A DNA stretch of 62,122 nt from Euryarchaeota archaeon UBA28 (GCA_002501605.1 DANW01000021.1:1-62122); one strand, 5' to 3'; shown: positions 1 through 9,079, counted from the stretch's first letter. Notes: generated by a model not told the origin, from the letters alone. Translations and numbers: made by a program.

Positions 1-41
1 TCAAAGGTTCCTCCCAACAGTCCAAGGGTTTTCATCGCCAT
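1..41 (-). CDS. 5' end of a gene running off the window. The N-terminus MAMKTLGLLGGTF(D/E) resembles cytidylyltransferase-fold nucleotidyltransferases (NadD/CoaD-like)
   Basis: Hand translation of the reverse strand from the ATG at 41..39. Only 13 codons are visible, so the family call is tentative. Confidence 0.3.
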   Translation of the reverse strand, partial: MAMKTLGLLGGTF

Positions 42-79
42 GCTGTAGTAGTGAGAAGTATTGAGGGCTTTGGAAAAAT

Positions 80-390
80 GTGTGCCCCGGGGCGTAACGG
101 CGACCTTCACAGCTTGGCTCGAGCGCCTGACCCACCCCGGGACGTCTGTCGGACCATGGGGTAGTCCCTTGATTCATCCCCTACGGGTCCTCAGGGGACC
201 TAACATGGTCCGGCCACCTGATTTGCGCCAGTATTCATTTCATCGATGATGATCCTACTGGTCTTCGACAGATGGCTACCCATACGTGGTACCATGTTTC
301 ATTCTCAACCTCCGGCGAGGGGGTTTTGTCAACAGGGTGTTGCCGCTGGGCAGTCTCGGGCACACCCGATGGGAAATGAACCCCTCGGTC
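80..390. ncRNA. Candidate structured non-coding RNA, family and strand unresolved
   Basis: Intergenic, and visibly GC-richer than the flanks. It has consecutive strong stems at 86-92/135-141 and 148-158/204-214 (inner 177-182/193-198). Further stems lie at 212-220/269-277 (inner 228-233/256-261) and 316-322/381-387 (inner 335-340/362-367 and 341-344/349-352). The only ORF here (61..249) is not protein-like. Confidence 0.35.
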
Positions 391-398
391 CATTTTGG

Positions 399-3014
399 CT
401 AGTCAAAAGTACCTTTTGAAATCAGATCTTGATGGAAACCGGTTCTTTTTAACAGCAGACTTTCCATAACATATGTATCCCCATCTGAAATTTCTTTGAC
501 ACTGAATTCTGGCCATTTCTCAGCGGGCTGTGCTAACCATCCTACCAGTGAATGGGTATTCCCCATTTTTGGAGGCCTGTTCTCATTAAGTGCATCGAGT
601 GCTTCAAGTAAATCAAAAAGTGGTTCAGCCTCTGAGGGGAGATCTTCCTTGCCTCTTATCCTCCTAGATAGTAATCCCCTGATTTTGGAACCACATCCCT
701 CGTAGTTTAACCGACGATGGAAAGGGAATTTACTTTCAAACCCGACAGGTCTGAGAACGGCTGCTGGCCATGATATGCGCTTACTTACAAGCCATGTGAA
801 AGCTTTGTCATCTTGTAACATTGTCTCCAGTAAATCCGACGAGATATGCGCCCACCACTCCAGAGGTAAATTGGACAGAATTAGCTTTATTTCTTCAAAT
901 GAAGGAGCTATATTTTTCGGAGTTACCCTATCTAAGATAGCCCAAGACCTCATATCGTGGTCAAGAGGCAAATTTGAGGCTTTGGAAAGTATCTTTTTCA
1001 ATATTGAAATTTCCTTTTCCTCTGAAACCCTCTCATTGGAAGAGAAAAGCCACATTAGTCCATGTATAGTATTTATTGAATTGATTGGAGGATGGGCAAG
1101 CCACACTCCCAAGGACCATTCAATCAAATCATCATGAAATGACTCAGGAAGCCAAGCAGAGTTTGCCAATAACTGGGATGCAACCCATGATGACCCAGGA
1201 GTTGCATTTCTGGGGTCGATAGTGGGCCTAGATTTGAGTGCGGTATTTTGATCTGTTCTCAGTAGGCGTGTGAACTCCACTGAAAAAACGTCTAGTACTG
1301 GCTGTGGTGCGACGTCCGCTACCTCAGAAAGTCCCTCCAAAGGAAGGTGATCAAAATCAAGGATTATTAGCCATTCTGGATTTAGCCTAGAGCTTAGCCT
1401 CTGCCATCTTGGCCACCTAGAACGAGGGGGTGACGCTATCCAGGCTGCTACCGGATATCTCGCTTCCATCCTGTTGGCCCAATCTTCATTTCCCTCTGGA
1501 TATTGAGATATCGCTGATCTCACCATTGATTGGTATTCTTTATCATCGATTGAGCTCACCAGAGCCTCTAGCTCATTGGCGATATAGCTATCTTTCTGCT
1601 TCAGGAGTGGTATCTGATGTGTGTCAGGAGAATGGAGGATTGGATCAACGATTCTGATTGGCACCTCCCTACCCTCCTTAGTTGAAAGTACCATCCATGG
1701 AAGAGGCCTGAGATGATCAATCCGTAAACTGTCCATCCCAGAGAATGGCTCCAGATTTCTCCCTATCAGCACCATTCTAACATTTGAATTTGAAGTAATA
1801 GAATTCGCTAAATCCTTTGAAATATTGTCTGGAACATCAATTACCAATGGAGGAATTTCATCATTAGATAGAGCCCATCTTGTGAGTGATTCTGAAGCTG
1901 CTTTCCCTAGACCTCTGGTATCCAGTAGTCTCGGATTATTTGAAGATGATGAGAATTCAGAGTTTCCCCAATCCTGTCTAAATCTCCTCCATGTGGAGTC
2001 CTCGGTTCTCGCCCTTCTGGTCCCGGATATCCTATCCTTCAGAGCTTGGCATCTTCTATTTCTCTCTGCCTCAGATAGTCTAGGGTGAGCTATAGAAATC
2101 CAGTGATCCAGTGATTCTAAAGGGAGCCTATCACTGTTTGATTCAAATCCAGTTAAGTCGGCGATGATCAACGATCCGCTCTTTGCAGCTTTCAAAAGCA
2201 TAGTTCTAGGGAGCTTTTCTGACACAACTGCCACAATAGTCGACGATGGCCTGATATCTGGTGACATCTCATGACAATTTGCGAGAGTCCAACTACCTCT
2301 GTGCATCGAATTTTCTGGAAGTGGAGGTTTTGGTCTGTGATCTGGCGTGGAAAACCATTCACCCGGTGCGATAGCTATCGGCCTTTCCTCATCCAGAAGT
2401 CTCGCTCTAATTATCCCAATAATGGATTTGCTTTCGGAGAAAGTCTCGATTTTCTCCCTATCATACACCGGTGGTGCCGATTTGAATTCATTAGTAGAAA
2501 GATCTACCCATCTCGGAGACCTCTCTGTGAACACAGCCCAACTCCATGGAACCCCCTCGGTTCCACTGGAGAATCCTCCGCCTCCAAGTTTCTCTGGAGG
2601 CCTGTCGGGAATTGGCAACAATGGGGAGTCTGGCAATCCGGTTAATCCCAGGAGAAGATTAGGTCCATCTCGAAAAAGTATGCAATAGCCCCTCTCCTCC
2701 ATAGAGATCGTTTTCGCTTCTGACGCCATTGCGAGTTCGTCTGATTTCAACGCCTCCCACCCATTTTCTGTCAGATACAGTCTTCCCCCTCTGCTCCCGG
2801 AGGGCATATCACTGTCTAGCAGTGTATCGTTTCTCAACCTCCTAATCTCTGCTGATGCATGAGGGACCCTGATTCCAGTTGCATTGGCTACCTCACTAAC
2901 TGTTGAGCTCCTCTCTGCTAGGTACCTCAGAATCCTTCTCTTGTTCCTACTTCTGATCTTAATTGGACGCGATGGAGGATACTGAATATTCAGATTATTG
3001 TTACCATCCGGCAT
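399..3014 (-). CDS. Large (871 aa) protein of unknown function with an N-terminal ArsR/MarR-like winged-helix domain
   Basis: Uninterrupted 2.6-kb ORF. The N-terminal wHTH is RRILRYLAERSSTVSEVANATGIRVPHASAEIRRL. The remaining ~780 aa are W/L/P-rich and show no P-loop, nuclease, methylase or other motif I recognise. Confidence 0.8.
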   Translation of the reverse strand: MPDGNNNLNIQYPPSRPIKIRSRNKRRILRYLAERSSTVSEVANATGIRVPHASAEIRRLRNDTLLDSDMPSGSRGGRLYLTENGWEALKSDELAMASEAKTISMEERGYCILFRDGPNLLLGLTGLPDSPLLPIPDRPPEKLGGGGFSSGTEGVPWSWAVFTERSPRWVDLSTNEFKSAPPVYDREKIETFSESKSIIGIIRARLLDEERPIAIAPGEWFSTPDHRPKPPLPENSMHRGSWTLANCHEMSPDIRPSSTIVAVVSEKLPRTMLLKAAKSGSLIIADLTGFESNSDRLPLESLDHWISIAHPRLSEAERNRRCQALKDRISGTRRARTEDSTWRRFRQDWGNSEFSSSSNNPRLLDTRGLGKAASESLTRWALSNDEIPPLVIDVPDNISKDLANSITSNSNVRMVLIGRNLEPFSGMDSLRIDHLRPLPWMVLSTKEGREVPIRIVDPILHSPDTHQIPLLKQKDSYIANELEALVSSIDDKEYQSMVRSAISQYPEGNEDWANRMEARYPVAAWIASPPRSRWPRWQRLSSRLNPEWLIILDFDHLPLEGLSEVADVAPQPVLDVFSVEFTRLLRTDQNTALKSRPTIDPRNATPGSSWVASQLLANSAWLPESFHDDLIEWSLGVWLAHPPINSINTIHGLMWLFSSNERVSEEKEISILKKILSKASNLPLDHDMRSWAILDRVTPKNIAPSFEEIKLILSNLPLEWWAHISSDLLETMLQDDKAFTWLVSKRISWPAAVLRPVGFESKFPFHRRLNYEGCGSKIRGLLSRRIRGKEDLPSEAEPLFDLLEALDALNENRPPKMGNTHSLVGWLAQPAEKWPEFSVKEISDGDTYVMESLLLKRTGFHQDLISKGTFD

Positions 3015-3272
3015 GAATTACCACCACTTAATTAATCCACATAAGATATTTGTATTAAATTAATCTATTTAGTTACAATTTATTACACATTTCTATTGGA
3101 GAAGTGCGTGGTTTCATTTCGACACTTAATTGTACAACAAAAATTGGGGGTATTTGTGTGATGTTAAGTAACTAAAGTTAGTTAAATCCTACAGAACCGT
3201 TATATCGGTGCCTGCCATCCTGCGCACATCGGGTAAGAGACGGGGACCTGCAGACACGAGATGGAGAGATAG
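3015..3272. promoter_or_regulatory. AT-rich divergent control region between the 871-aa wHTH gene and the small wHTH pair
   Basis: The most AT-rich intergenic stretch I noticed in the window. ACTTAATT occurs twice (about 3026 and 3124). TTAATC(C/T)/TTAAATCC occurs at about 3032, 3060 and 3182. An SD-like GGAGAG lies 5 nt before the ATG at 3273. Confidence 0.4.
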
Positions 3273-3545
3273 ATGATGTCGGAAAATATCCGAAAATTGA
3301 TCAGGAAGTTCGTATCCAAAAAGCCAAGAAATACAGCAGAAATCGTTTCCTGGCTAGAAGAGCAAAAGGAGATTCAGTCCTCTAAGTCCGATATTTCAGG
3401 GCTGCTCGAATCTGATGAGTCGATAATCAGAATAGGTACCATGAGAAGAAGCGGCATAACAGGTCGTGAATACCCTCTGTCGGAATGGGCTACCGACGAG
3501 TGGGTGGCTCATCATGAGCGGGGATTGTCCATGAAGGAGGAGTAA
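3273..3545 (+). CDS. Small (90 aa) winged-helix-like protein, unknown function
   Basis: SD-like GGAGAG upstream. It aligns along its length with the next ORF: IRKLIRKFV..NTAEIV..DESIIRIG..RSGITGREYPLSEW against LRQKIKKFL..NTTEIL..DKDIMKVS..RGGALSGRYEICVW. Confidence 0.65.
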   Translation: MMSENIRKLIRKFVSKKPRNTAEIVSWLEEQKEIQSSKSDISGLLESDESIIRIGTMRRSGITGREYPLSEWATDEWVAHHERGLSMKEE

Positions 3546-3547
3546 AT

Positions 3548-3799
3548 ATGAGAACTACAAGACTAAGGCAAAAAATCAAGAAATTTCTACATTCAAGGGG
3601 GGAGGCAAATACCACCGAAATCTTGGAGCATGTCAATACCACCATGAGACACGGGACTACTCCTCAACAACTCGGAAATGTTCTCTCAAAAGACAAGGAC
3701 ATAATGAAGGTTTCAACGACAAAGAGAGGAGGTGCTCTCTCTGGGCGATATGAGATATGCGTTTGGCAACTAAGACCGGGTGTTCTTGAAGATAACTAG
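3548..3799 (+). CDS. Small (83 aa) winged-helix-like protein, tandem paralog of 3273..3545
   Basis: Strong SD (GGAGGAG) before the ATG and a 2-nt gap from the upstream paralog. The stop overlaps the fba stop by 4 nt (convergent). Confidence 0.65.
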   Translation: MRTTRLRQKIKKFLHSRGEANTTEILEHVNTTMRHGTTPQQLGNVLSKDKDIMKVSTTKRGGALSGRYEICVWQLRPGVLEDN

Positions 3800-4818
3800 G
3801 TATCTAGTTCCTCTCTCCAGTCTCCTGTTCTCGCGAGACTGTTCATTTCGGCCCTGTGTCTGAATGCATTTTGGCTGGCCTCACTGGATCCTTGGGCCCA
3901 TGTCTGCAATGCACGCGCTAAGAGTGCCCTTCCGTAGGAATAAGATAGCTCCCATGGATGGTCTATGTCCATAGCATTCATCAGATTGAGATGCGCTGTG
4001 GCATCTTCATCTGATTGCCCCCCTGATAAGAATACAATTCCGGGAACCTCGCTGGGGACATTTTCAGTCAAACAATCAACTGTCATCTTGGCGACCTTTT
4101 CCCTGCTTCCTCGATCAGAACATGAATTTCCTGGAAGAATCATATTTGGTTTGAGGAGGACACCTTTGAGGTGAACTCCCTGCTTCTTGCATTCATCCCA
4201 AGTCATCTTCAAAACAGACGCTGTCACATCATAGCAACTCTGAGCATCATGGTCCCCATCCATCAAAACTTCCGGTTCGATTATCGGCACCAACCCCTGT
4301 TCTTGACATATCGAAGCATACCTTGCAAGTGCATGGGAATTTGTGGACAGACATGCCAGTGATGGCATCCCTTCCCCTATACGAATCACTGCACGCCACT
4401 TTGCAAAGCGCGCACCCATCTGGAAATATTCTTCACAACGCTCCCTTAGTCCATCTAGTCCTTCAGTTATTTTCTCACCGGGATGGTTTGCCAATTCCTT
4501 TGCACCTGTGTCAACTTTGATTCCAGGATGAATTCCCCTACTGGCTAGGTACTCGGGGATCGGGGTCCCATCATCCATTTTCTGACGAATAGTTTCGTCG
4601 AACAATATAACCCCACTAATTGCAGTTTCATATCCTGTAGTTGCAAATATGTTTGACCGGTATGAACGGCGAGTTTCTGCAGATGGTTCGACGCCCACGG
4701 CAGCCAGTCTGTTGGACATAGTTCCATTGCTCTCATCAGCAGCGAGGACCCCTTTTCCCGAAGCTACTAATTCCGCTGCTGTTCTCTCTAAAAGTTCCAC
4801 ATCCATGACCATTACCAA
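3796..4818 (-). CDS. fba: Fructose-bisphosphate aldolase, classical class I (Schiff-base) type
   Basis: Hallmark blocks VLAADESNGTMSNRLAAVGV and the Schiff-base lysine block VLLKPNMILPG. Length is 340 aa. Confidence 0.9.
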   Translation of the reverse strand: MVMVMDVELLERTAAELVASGKGVLAADESNGTMSNRLAAVGVEPSAETRRSYRSNIFATTGYETAISGVILFDETIRQKMDDGTPIPEYLASRGIHPGIKVDTGAKELANHPGEKITEGLDGLRERCEEYFQMGARFAKWRAVIRIGEGMPSLACLSTNSHALARYASICQEQGLVPIIEPEVLMDGDHDAQSCYDVTASVLKMTWDECKKQGVHLKGVLLKPNMILPGNSCSDRGSREKVAKMTVDCLTENVPSEVPGIVFLSGGQSDEDATAHLNLMNAMDIDHPWELSYSYGRALLARALQTWAQGSSEASQNAFRHRAEMNSLARTGDWREELDT

Positions 4819-4874
4819 TATTACGAAGGAGCGGTATGAAATGAATCCATCGTTGCATGGTTTGGCTTGGAATC

Positions 4875-5858
4875 CTAAAAATCTCTTGTGCGGTAAACAA
4901 ATTTGTGCTCGCCAGAGGCGACATCAATTATTTCTGAATGAACTGAAGCGGTTCCGTCACCATTGATTTTGACTCCCTTCGTCCTTCCTTCGCACACACC
5001 TGATCCGATGAATACAGAGTCCTCTGATGAGCAAAGTTCGTCTCTTTCCCAAAGCTTCTCAATGTCATCATCAATCATTCTTTCGGCTCTTTCTCTGTGG
5101 CCTTCATTTTTGAATACGAGTCTTCCTTGGAAAGTCGCTCCCAATCCCCTCAATGCAGTGGCCGTAATCACTCCCTCAGGAGCTGCACCGATTCCCATTA
5201 GCATGTCGATTTCGGACTCTGAGTCTGCTGCATTGAGTGCGGCAGAAACATCGCCGTCACCTATCAGGATCACGTTTGCCCCGAACTGGCTAATCTCTCG
5301 GATTAGTGTTTTGTGCCTAGGCCTTTCCATCACCACTACATTGAGTTCTGATGGATTTTTCCCTAAAGTCGCGCAGGCTGATTCGAGGTTATACGAGGTT
5401 TCCTCATCTAGGTTAATCTGGCCAATTAGATCACTTGAGCCTGCAATTTTATTCATGTAGCAATCTGGGGCATGTAATAGGGAACCACGAGGAGCCGCCG
5501 CCAAAACCGCCATGGCATTAGGGAGGTCTTTTGCGACATGATTTGTGCACTCCAACGGATCTACTGCGATATCTATTCTTGAGGCATTTGGATGACCTTG
5601 CATGGAACCTAGGGGCTCGCCAATCCATAACATTGGAGCGTCGTCTCTCTCTCCTTCTCCTATAGCAACTCTGCCATCAAATGGGACTTTGTCGAAAACT
5701 GCTCTCATGGCTTCAACTGCTGCTCCGTCGGCGGCTTTACCATCTCCCTTCCCCCTCCATGGGGATGCGGCCACAGCCGCAGCTTCCGTGGCCTCCAAGA
5801 AAAAATCAACGAGGTCTGCTGTCACCATGCTCATTCCGAAGAGCAGGTAGTCATTCAA
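4875..5858 (-). CDS. glpX: Fructose-1,6-bisphosphatase class II (GlpX type)
   Basis: GKGDGKAADGAAVEAMR, IGEGERDDAPML, DIAVDPLECT, IGDGDV and GIGAAPEGV align with E. coli GlpX blocks. Confidence 0.9.
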   Translation of the reverse strand: MNDYLLFGMSMVTADLVDFFLEATEAAAVAASPWRGKGDGKAADGAAVEAMRAVFDKVPFDGRVAIGEGERDDAPMLWIGEPLGSMQGHPNASRIDIAVDPLECTNHVAKDLPNAMAVLAAAPRGSLLHAPDCYMNKIAGSSDLIGQINLDEETSYNLESACATLGKNPSELNVVVMERPRHKTLIREISQFGANVILIGDGDVSAALNAADSESEIDMLMGIGAAPEGVITATALRGLGATFQGRLVFKNEGHRERAERMIDDDIEKLWERDELCSSEDSVFIGSGVCEGRTKGVKINGDGTASVHSEIIDVASGEHKFVYRTRDF

Positions 5859-6312
5859 CTGTGCGGTTGCCTTTCTTTTTCTCGATGACCCTTATTCCTT
5901 CGATGGACGTACCGTGATACTGTCCCTCGTTATCTTTCTCTATTGATTTTAACATATCAAAGGCACAAAGGAGGGCAGCGTTCACCCCGCAGAGGGCTTC
6001 CATTTCGACCCCTGTTGACCAGTGGGTTCTGACTGTTACAGTGCATCTTAGTCCAGATTCCTCAATGTCCCATCGCACTGAGCAAGCCTCTATTGGGATG
6101 GGATGGCAATGGGGAATGGTTCTGGGTGTTTCTTTGACTGCTAGAACGGCTGCAATGTTTGAAGCCTCCCTAACATCTCCTTTCACTGATCTACCCTCTG
6201 AAACGACTCGGAGACTCTGTTGAGATAGTCTCAGAAGGCCAGTTGCAGTTGCTTCTCTGAAAACATCTTCTTTGGAGCTGATGTCAGTGATACCTTCGGT
6301 TGGGCCGTTCAT
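5851..6312 (-). CDS. moaC: Cyclic pyranopterin monophosphate synthase MoaC
   Basis: KGDVREASNIAAVLAVKETPRTIPHCHPIP and STGVEMEALCGVNAALLCAFDMLKSI. The 8-nt overlap with glpX suggests an operon. Confidence 0.9.
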   Translation of the reverse strand: MNGPTEGITDISSKEDVFREATATGLLRLSQQSLRVVSEGRSVKGDVREASNIAAVLAVKETPRTIPHCHPIPIEACSVRWDIEESGLRCTVTVRTHWSTGVEMEALCGVNAALLCAFDMLKSIEKDNEGQYHGTSIEGIRVIEKKKGNRTVE

Positions 6313-6381
6313 TGTGGCATGCGATGCAGGGCTTACTATTAGTTGGTGTGTAATCTGGATAATTCCTGAGAATAGATGTTT

Positions 6382-6801
6382 TCACCCTAGCCCACCCTTC
6401 CAAAATTCTCCATCGGATCTTACTTCTTTCTTCCACAAGGGCGCTTGAATTTTCAGCTCATCAATTATTCTAGAACATGCTCTGAATCCCTCAGATCTGT
6501 GCGGTGATGAAACGTGGATACATACTATTGGTTCTGTTGGTAGGACTGTCCCGATTCGGTGGGCAATTACCACCGAAGATACTCCAAATTCGTCTATAGC
6601 CCCCATTGCGATACTTTCCAGAACCACGGGTAGCTGCCCTTCCCAAGAGTCAAATTCTAGTCTCTTGACCTCTGAGCCTTCCTCCGATCCTCTAGTTATC
6701 CCGACGAATGACACTATACTTCCACACCCATCAACATCCAATTTGGATTTCAGGTAGTCAGGGTCAAGAGTCTCTGGCTCCACCGAAACATGGACTGACA
6801 C
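6382..6801 (-). CDS. moaE: Molybdopterin synthase catalytic subunit MoaE
   Basis: GSIVSFVGITRG, VIAHRIG and SSPHRSEGFRACSRIIDELKIQAPLWKKE match MoaE blocks. Confidence 0.85.
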   Translation of the reverse strand: MSVHVSVEPETLDPDYLKSKLDVDGCGSIVSFVGITRGSEEGSEVKRLEFDSWEGQLPVVLESIAMGAIDEFGVSSVVIAHRIGTVLPTEPIVCIHVSSPHRSEGFRACSRIIDELKIQAPLWKKEVRSDGEFWKGGLG

Positions 6802-6880
6802 AGAACCGCATTACCATATATGACTTGAATTCGCCGGATGGAACCCAACTGTTGAAGCGTATGACTTCAGTCGGATATTC

Positions 6881-8107
6881 GTGAAAAGTGAGCCGATACA
6901 CATTCTCGGGGCTGGCCTCTCTGGCCTATCGGCCGCAATTATTCTATCAAAAAATGGCTATGATGTGCATGTCCATGAAATTAGGAGTGATAGCGGTGCA
7001 AGGTTTGATGGCGATTTCCAAGGGTTGGAAAATTGGACTGGCAGTAAAGATTTCTTCGATGAGATGAGGGAGTGGGGCCTAGATCCTGACTCATTCAAAT
7101 CTGACGCGTTCAGCGTGGTCGACCTGATCCATCCGGATGATGAGATTACCCAACCTATCACGGATGGAGTGGCCTTCAGAGTAGTAGAAAGGGGAACGGA
7201 TGAGCATTGTATAGACCAGGGATTCAAGAGAATGGCAATTGAGGCTGGAGCGACTATTCACTACAGGTCAAAGAGGAAGCCGGAAGAATGCCAAATTATA
7301 GCCGCCGGTCCGAAGGATTCCAGCGCCGTGGCATTTGGAGAGATCTTTCACACTGACCATCCCAACCATGTTTCATTCCAACTAAATGACAAGCTGGCCC
7401 CGGGTGCTTATTCATATCTAATCGTTATCGATGGGATTGGCTTGATTTGTACTTGCCTCTGGAGAAAACAGAAGAAGAGTGGGAGATATCTGAATGAGAC
7501 AATTGCTTGGTACGAGAGTCACTATGAATTAAATCGTAGACCCATAAAAAGGGTCGGTGGGAAAGGCGATTTTTCTCTACCTGACAAATATTACCATGAC
7601 GGCAGATACTACGTTGGCGAGGCAGGGGGGCTTCAGGACTTCATGTGGGGTTTTGGGATGAGGTATGCAATTACCAGCGGGGTTCTGGCGGCTAAGTCTA
7701 TTCTGGGGGAGGGAGATTATGAGTCTGAGGTAAGAAAAAACCTAGTGCCACTAATCAAGATAAGCGCCACCAATAGATTTTTGATGAATCGAATAGGGGA
7801 TAATGGATTCAAAATGGTCGCCCGTTATTGGATGAGAGACCAACGGAAGAAGGGAGATGGGCTCGAGTTCATGCGATGGGTATACACTCCTGGGATATTC
7901 AGGAGGATGCTCTGGCCTGTAACGAAACTCGCAATGCTGAGGAGGAAGAAGTTAGCCGATGGAAGGATGGTCACGAGAATGCCATTCAGAAAATCTCTTC
8001 GCAGGGACTCTTGGGAAGAAAGTGATAGAGCTCTGGAAATTTCTGAGCAGTGGAAGATTGTCAAGAAATCTGGTGGAGCAGTATCGTTCCCAGACAGCGA
8101 TGTTTGA
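6881..8107 (+). CDS. FAD-dependent oxidoreductase (COG0644/geranylgeranyl-reductase-like)
   Basis: GTG start. It has an N-terminal dinucleotide fold (ILGAGLSGLSAAIILSKNGYDVHVHE) and a distal FAD motif (VGEAGGLQDFMWGFGMRYAITSG), followed by a basic C-terminal extension. Confidence 0.7.
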   Translation: MKSEPIHILGAGLSGLSAAIILSKNGYDVHVHEIRSDSGARFDGDFQGLENWTGSKDFFDEMREWGLDPDSFKSDAFSVVDLIHPDDEITQPITDGVAFRVVERGTDEHCIDQGFKRMAIEAGATIHYRSKRKPEECQIIAAGPKDSSAVAFGEIFHTDHPNHVSFQLNDKLAPGAYSYLIVIDGIGLICTCLWRKQKKSGRYLNETIAWYESHYELNRRPIKRVGGKGDFSLPDKYYHDGRYYVGEAGGLQDFMWGFGMRYAITSGVLAAKSILGEGDYESEVRKNLVPLIKISATNRFLMNRIGDNGFKMVARYWMRDQRKKGDGLEFMRWVYTPGIFRRMLWPVTKLAMLRRKKLADGRMVTRMPFRKSLRRDSWEESDRALEISEQWKIVKKSGGAVSFPDSDV

Positions 8108-8125
8108 TACTGTTGGCTCGTCCGT

Positions 8126-9019
8126 TTGATTGATATGGCCATCCCCGGTGGAATGGCCATGACGTCATGGCCCGAGCTAAAGCCAATGAAGAACAATCTA
8201 GTTAACTACGGAGTAACCGAGAACGGAATAGCAATCATAGAGCTGTGCTCAGACTCAGCAGGTGAGCCCTTGACTGAGGGAAAAACATCAGTGAATACGT
8301 ATACCCGAGAGATGTGGCACGATATTGATGATGCAATATTGAGTGCAAGGTTTGATGATAGTGTTTCAGTGATCCTAATCACTGGCCATGGGGAGAAGTT
8401 TTTCTCTGCAGGTGCTAGTATCAAGTACCTAAACAAGCTTTCTCCAAGATACAAGTACTTCTTCTGCCTGCATGCTAACGAAACCCTATCACGCTTGGAA
8501 CAGACTCCCAAACTGGTCATCGCGGCGTTGAACGGGCACACAGTAGGAGGCGGATTGGAGATTGCCATGGCGGCGGACATTAGAGTGGCCAGAAAGGGTA
8601 ATTTCCAGGTGGGCCTTCCAGAAGTAGCACTCGGTGTTCTTGCTGGAACAGGTGGAACCGCGCGCTTGTCAAGGCTCGTGGGGAAAGCCAAGGCAATGGA
8701 AATAATGGTAACTGGCAGGAAGTTCTCATTTGAAGAGTCACGTGAGATGGATCTTGTGCACGACATATATGATTCGATGAGTTTGGAAGAGTTCCGTCAG
8801 GATGTTCTGGATTATTCCGGTCGATTTACACTACCATTCGCGGCTGCTAAGGCCATAGGGAATATCAAGAGGAGCGTACAAAGTGGGCTAGAAATCCCCC
8901 TAGAATATCATCTCGCTTTAGAAAGAGAACTGCAATCCGATCTGTTTCAGTCTAAAGATGCCAAAGAGGGAATTAAAGCGTATGTGGAGACGAAAACTCC
9001 CAGATTCGAAGGAAACTAG
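8126..9019 (+). CDS. Enoyl-CoA hydratase/isomerase (crotonase) family protein
   Basis: FFSAGASIKYL, GHTVGGGLEIAMAADIRVA and GLPEVALGVLAGTGGTARL. The ORF opens with TTG at 8126, and in-frame ATGs at 8135-8186 are alternative starts. Confidence 0.85.
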   Translation: MIDMAIPGGMAMTSWPELKPMKNNLVNYGVTENGIAIIELCSDSAGEPLTEGKTSVNTYTREMWHDIDDAILSARFDDSVSVILITGHGEKFFSAGASIKYLNKLSPRYKYFFCLHANETLSRLEQTPKLVIAALNGHTVGGGLEIAMAADIRVARKGNFQVGLPEVALGVLAGTGGTARLSRLVGKAKAMEIMVTGRKFSFEESREMDLVHDIYDSMSLEEFRQDVLDYSGRFTLPFAAAKAIGNIKRSVQSGLEIPLEYHLALERELQSDLFQSKDAKEGIKAYVETKTPRFEGN

Positions 9020-9021
9020 TT

Positions 9022-9046
9022 TTATTTTGGCGGATTTTCTGATACG
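9022..9046 (+). terminator. Possible archaeal oligo-T terminator after the crotonase gene
   Basis: T-runs (ttttatttt ... attttct) lie immediately after the stop codon. This is motif only. Confidence 0.25.
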
Positions 9047-9079
9047 TCGTTTGATATACCTGTTATTCCAGCGAAGGGT

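Noticed and set aside
61-249. 62-aa ORF in the first intergenic region
   Set aside because: Its composition (MRALEKCVPRGVTATFTAWLERLTHPGTSVGPWGSP...) is typical of a chance ORF in GC-rich structured DNA. The region is better explained as a structured RNA candidate.
80-390. Specific assignment of the structured element as RNase P RNA or SRP RNA
   Set aside because: The size fits both. However, on either strand I found neither the universal RNase P CR-I GGAAAGUCC / CR-V ACAGAA..GGCUUA pair in the right order nor the SRP helix-8 GGAA-tetraloop/AGCA motif. The partial resemblances (GGGGUAGUCC, ACAGAUGGCUAC) are too close together and imperfect. The family is left unassigned.
8206-8766. Long antisense ORFs inside well-supported genes. 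Examples are 8206..8766, 10920..11558, 25985..26506, 36731..37156, 59261..59797 and 60074..60601.
   Set aside because: All lie opposite conserved enzymes or chaperones. They have Ser/Pro/Leu-rich low-complexity translations and no motifs, so they are classic shadow ORFs.
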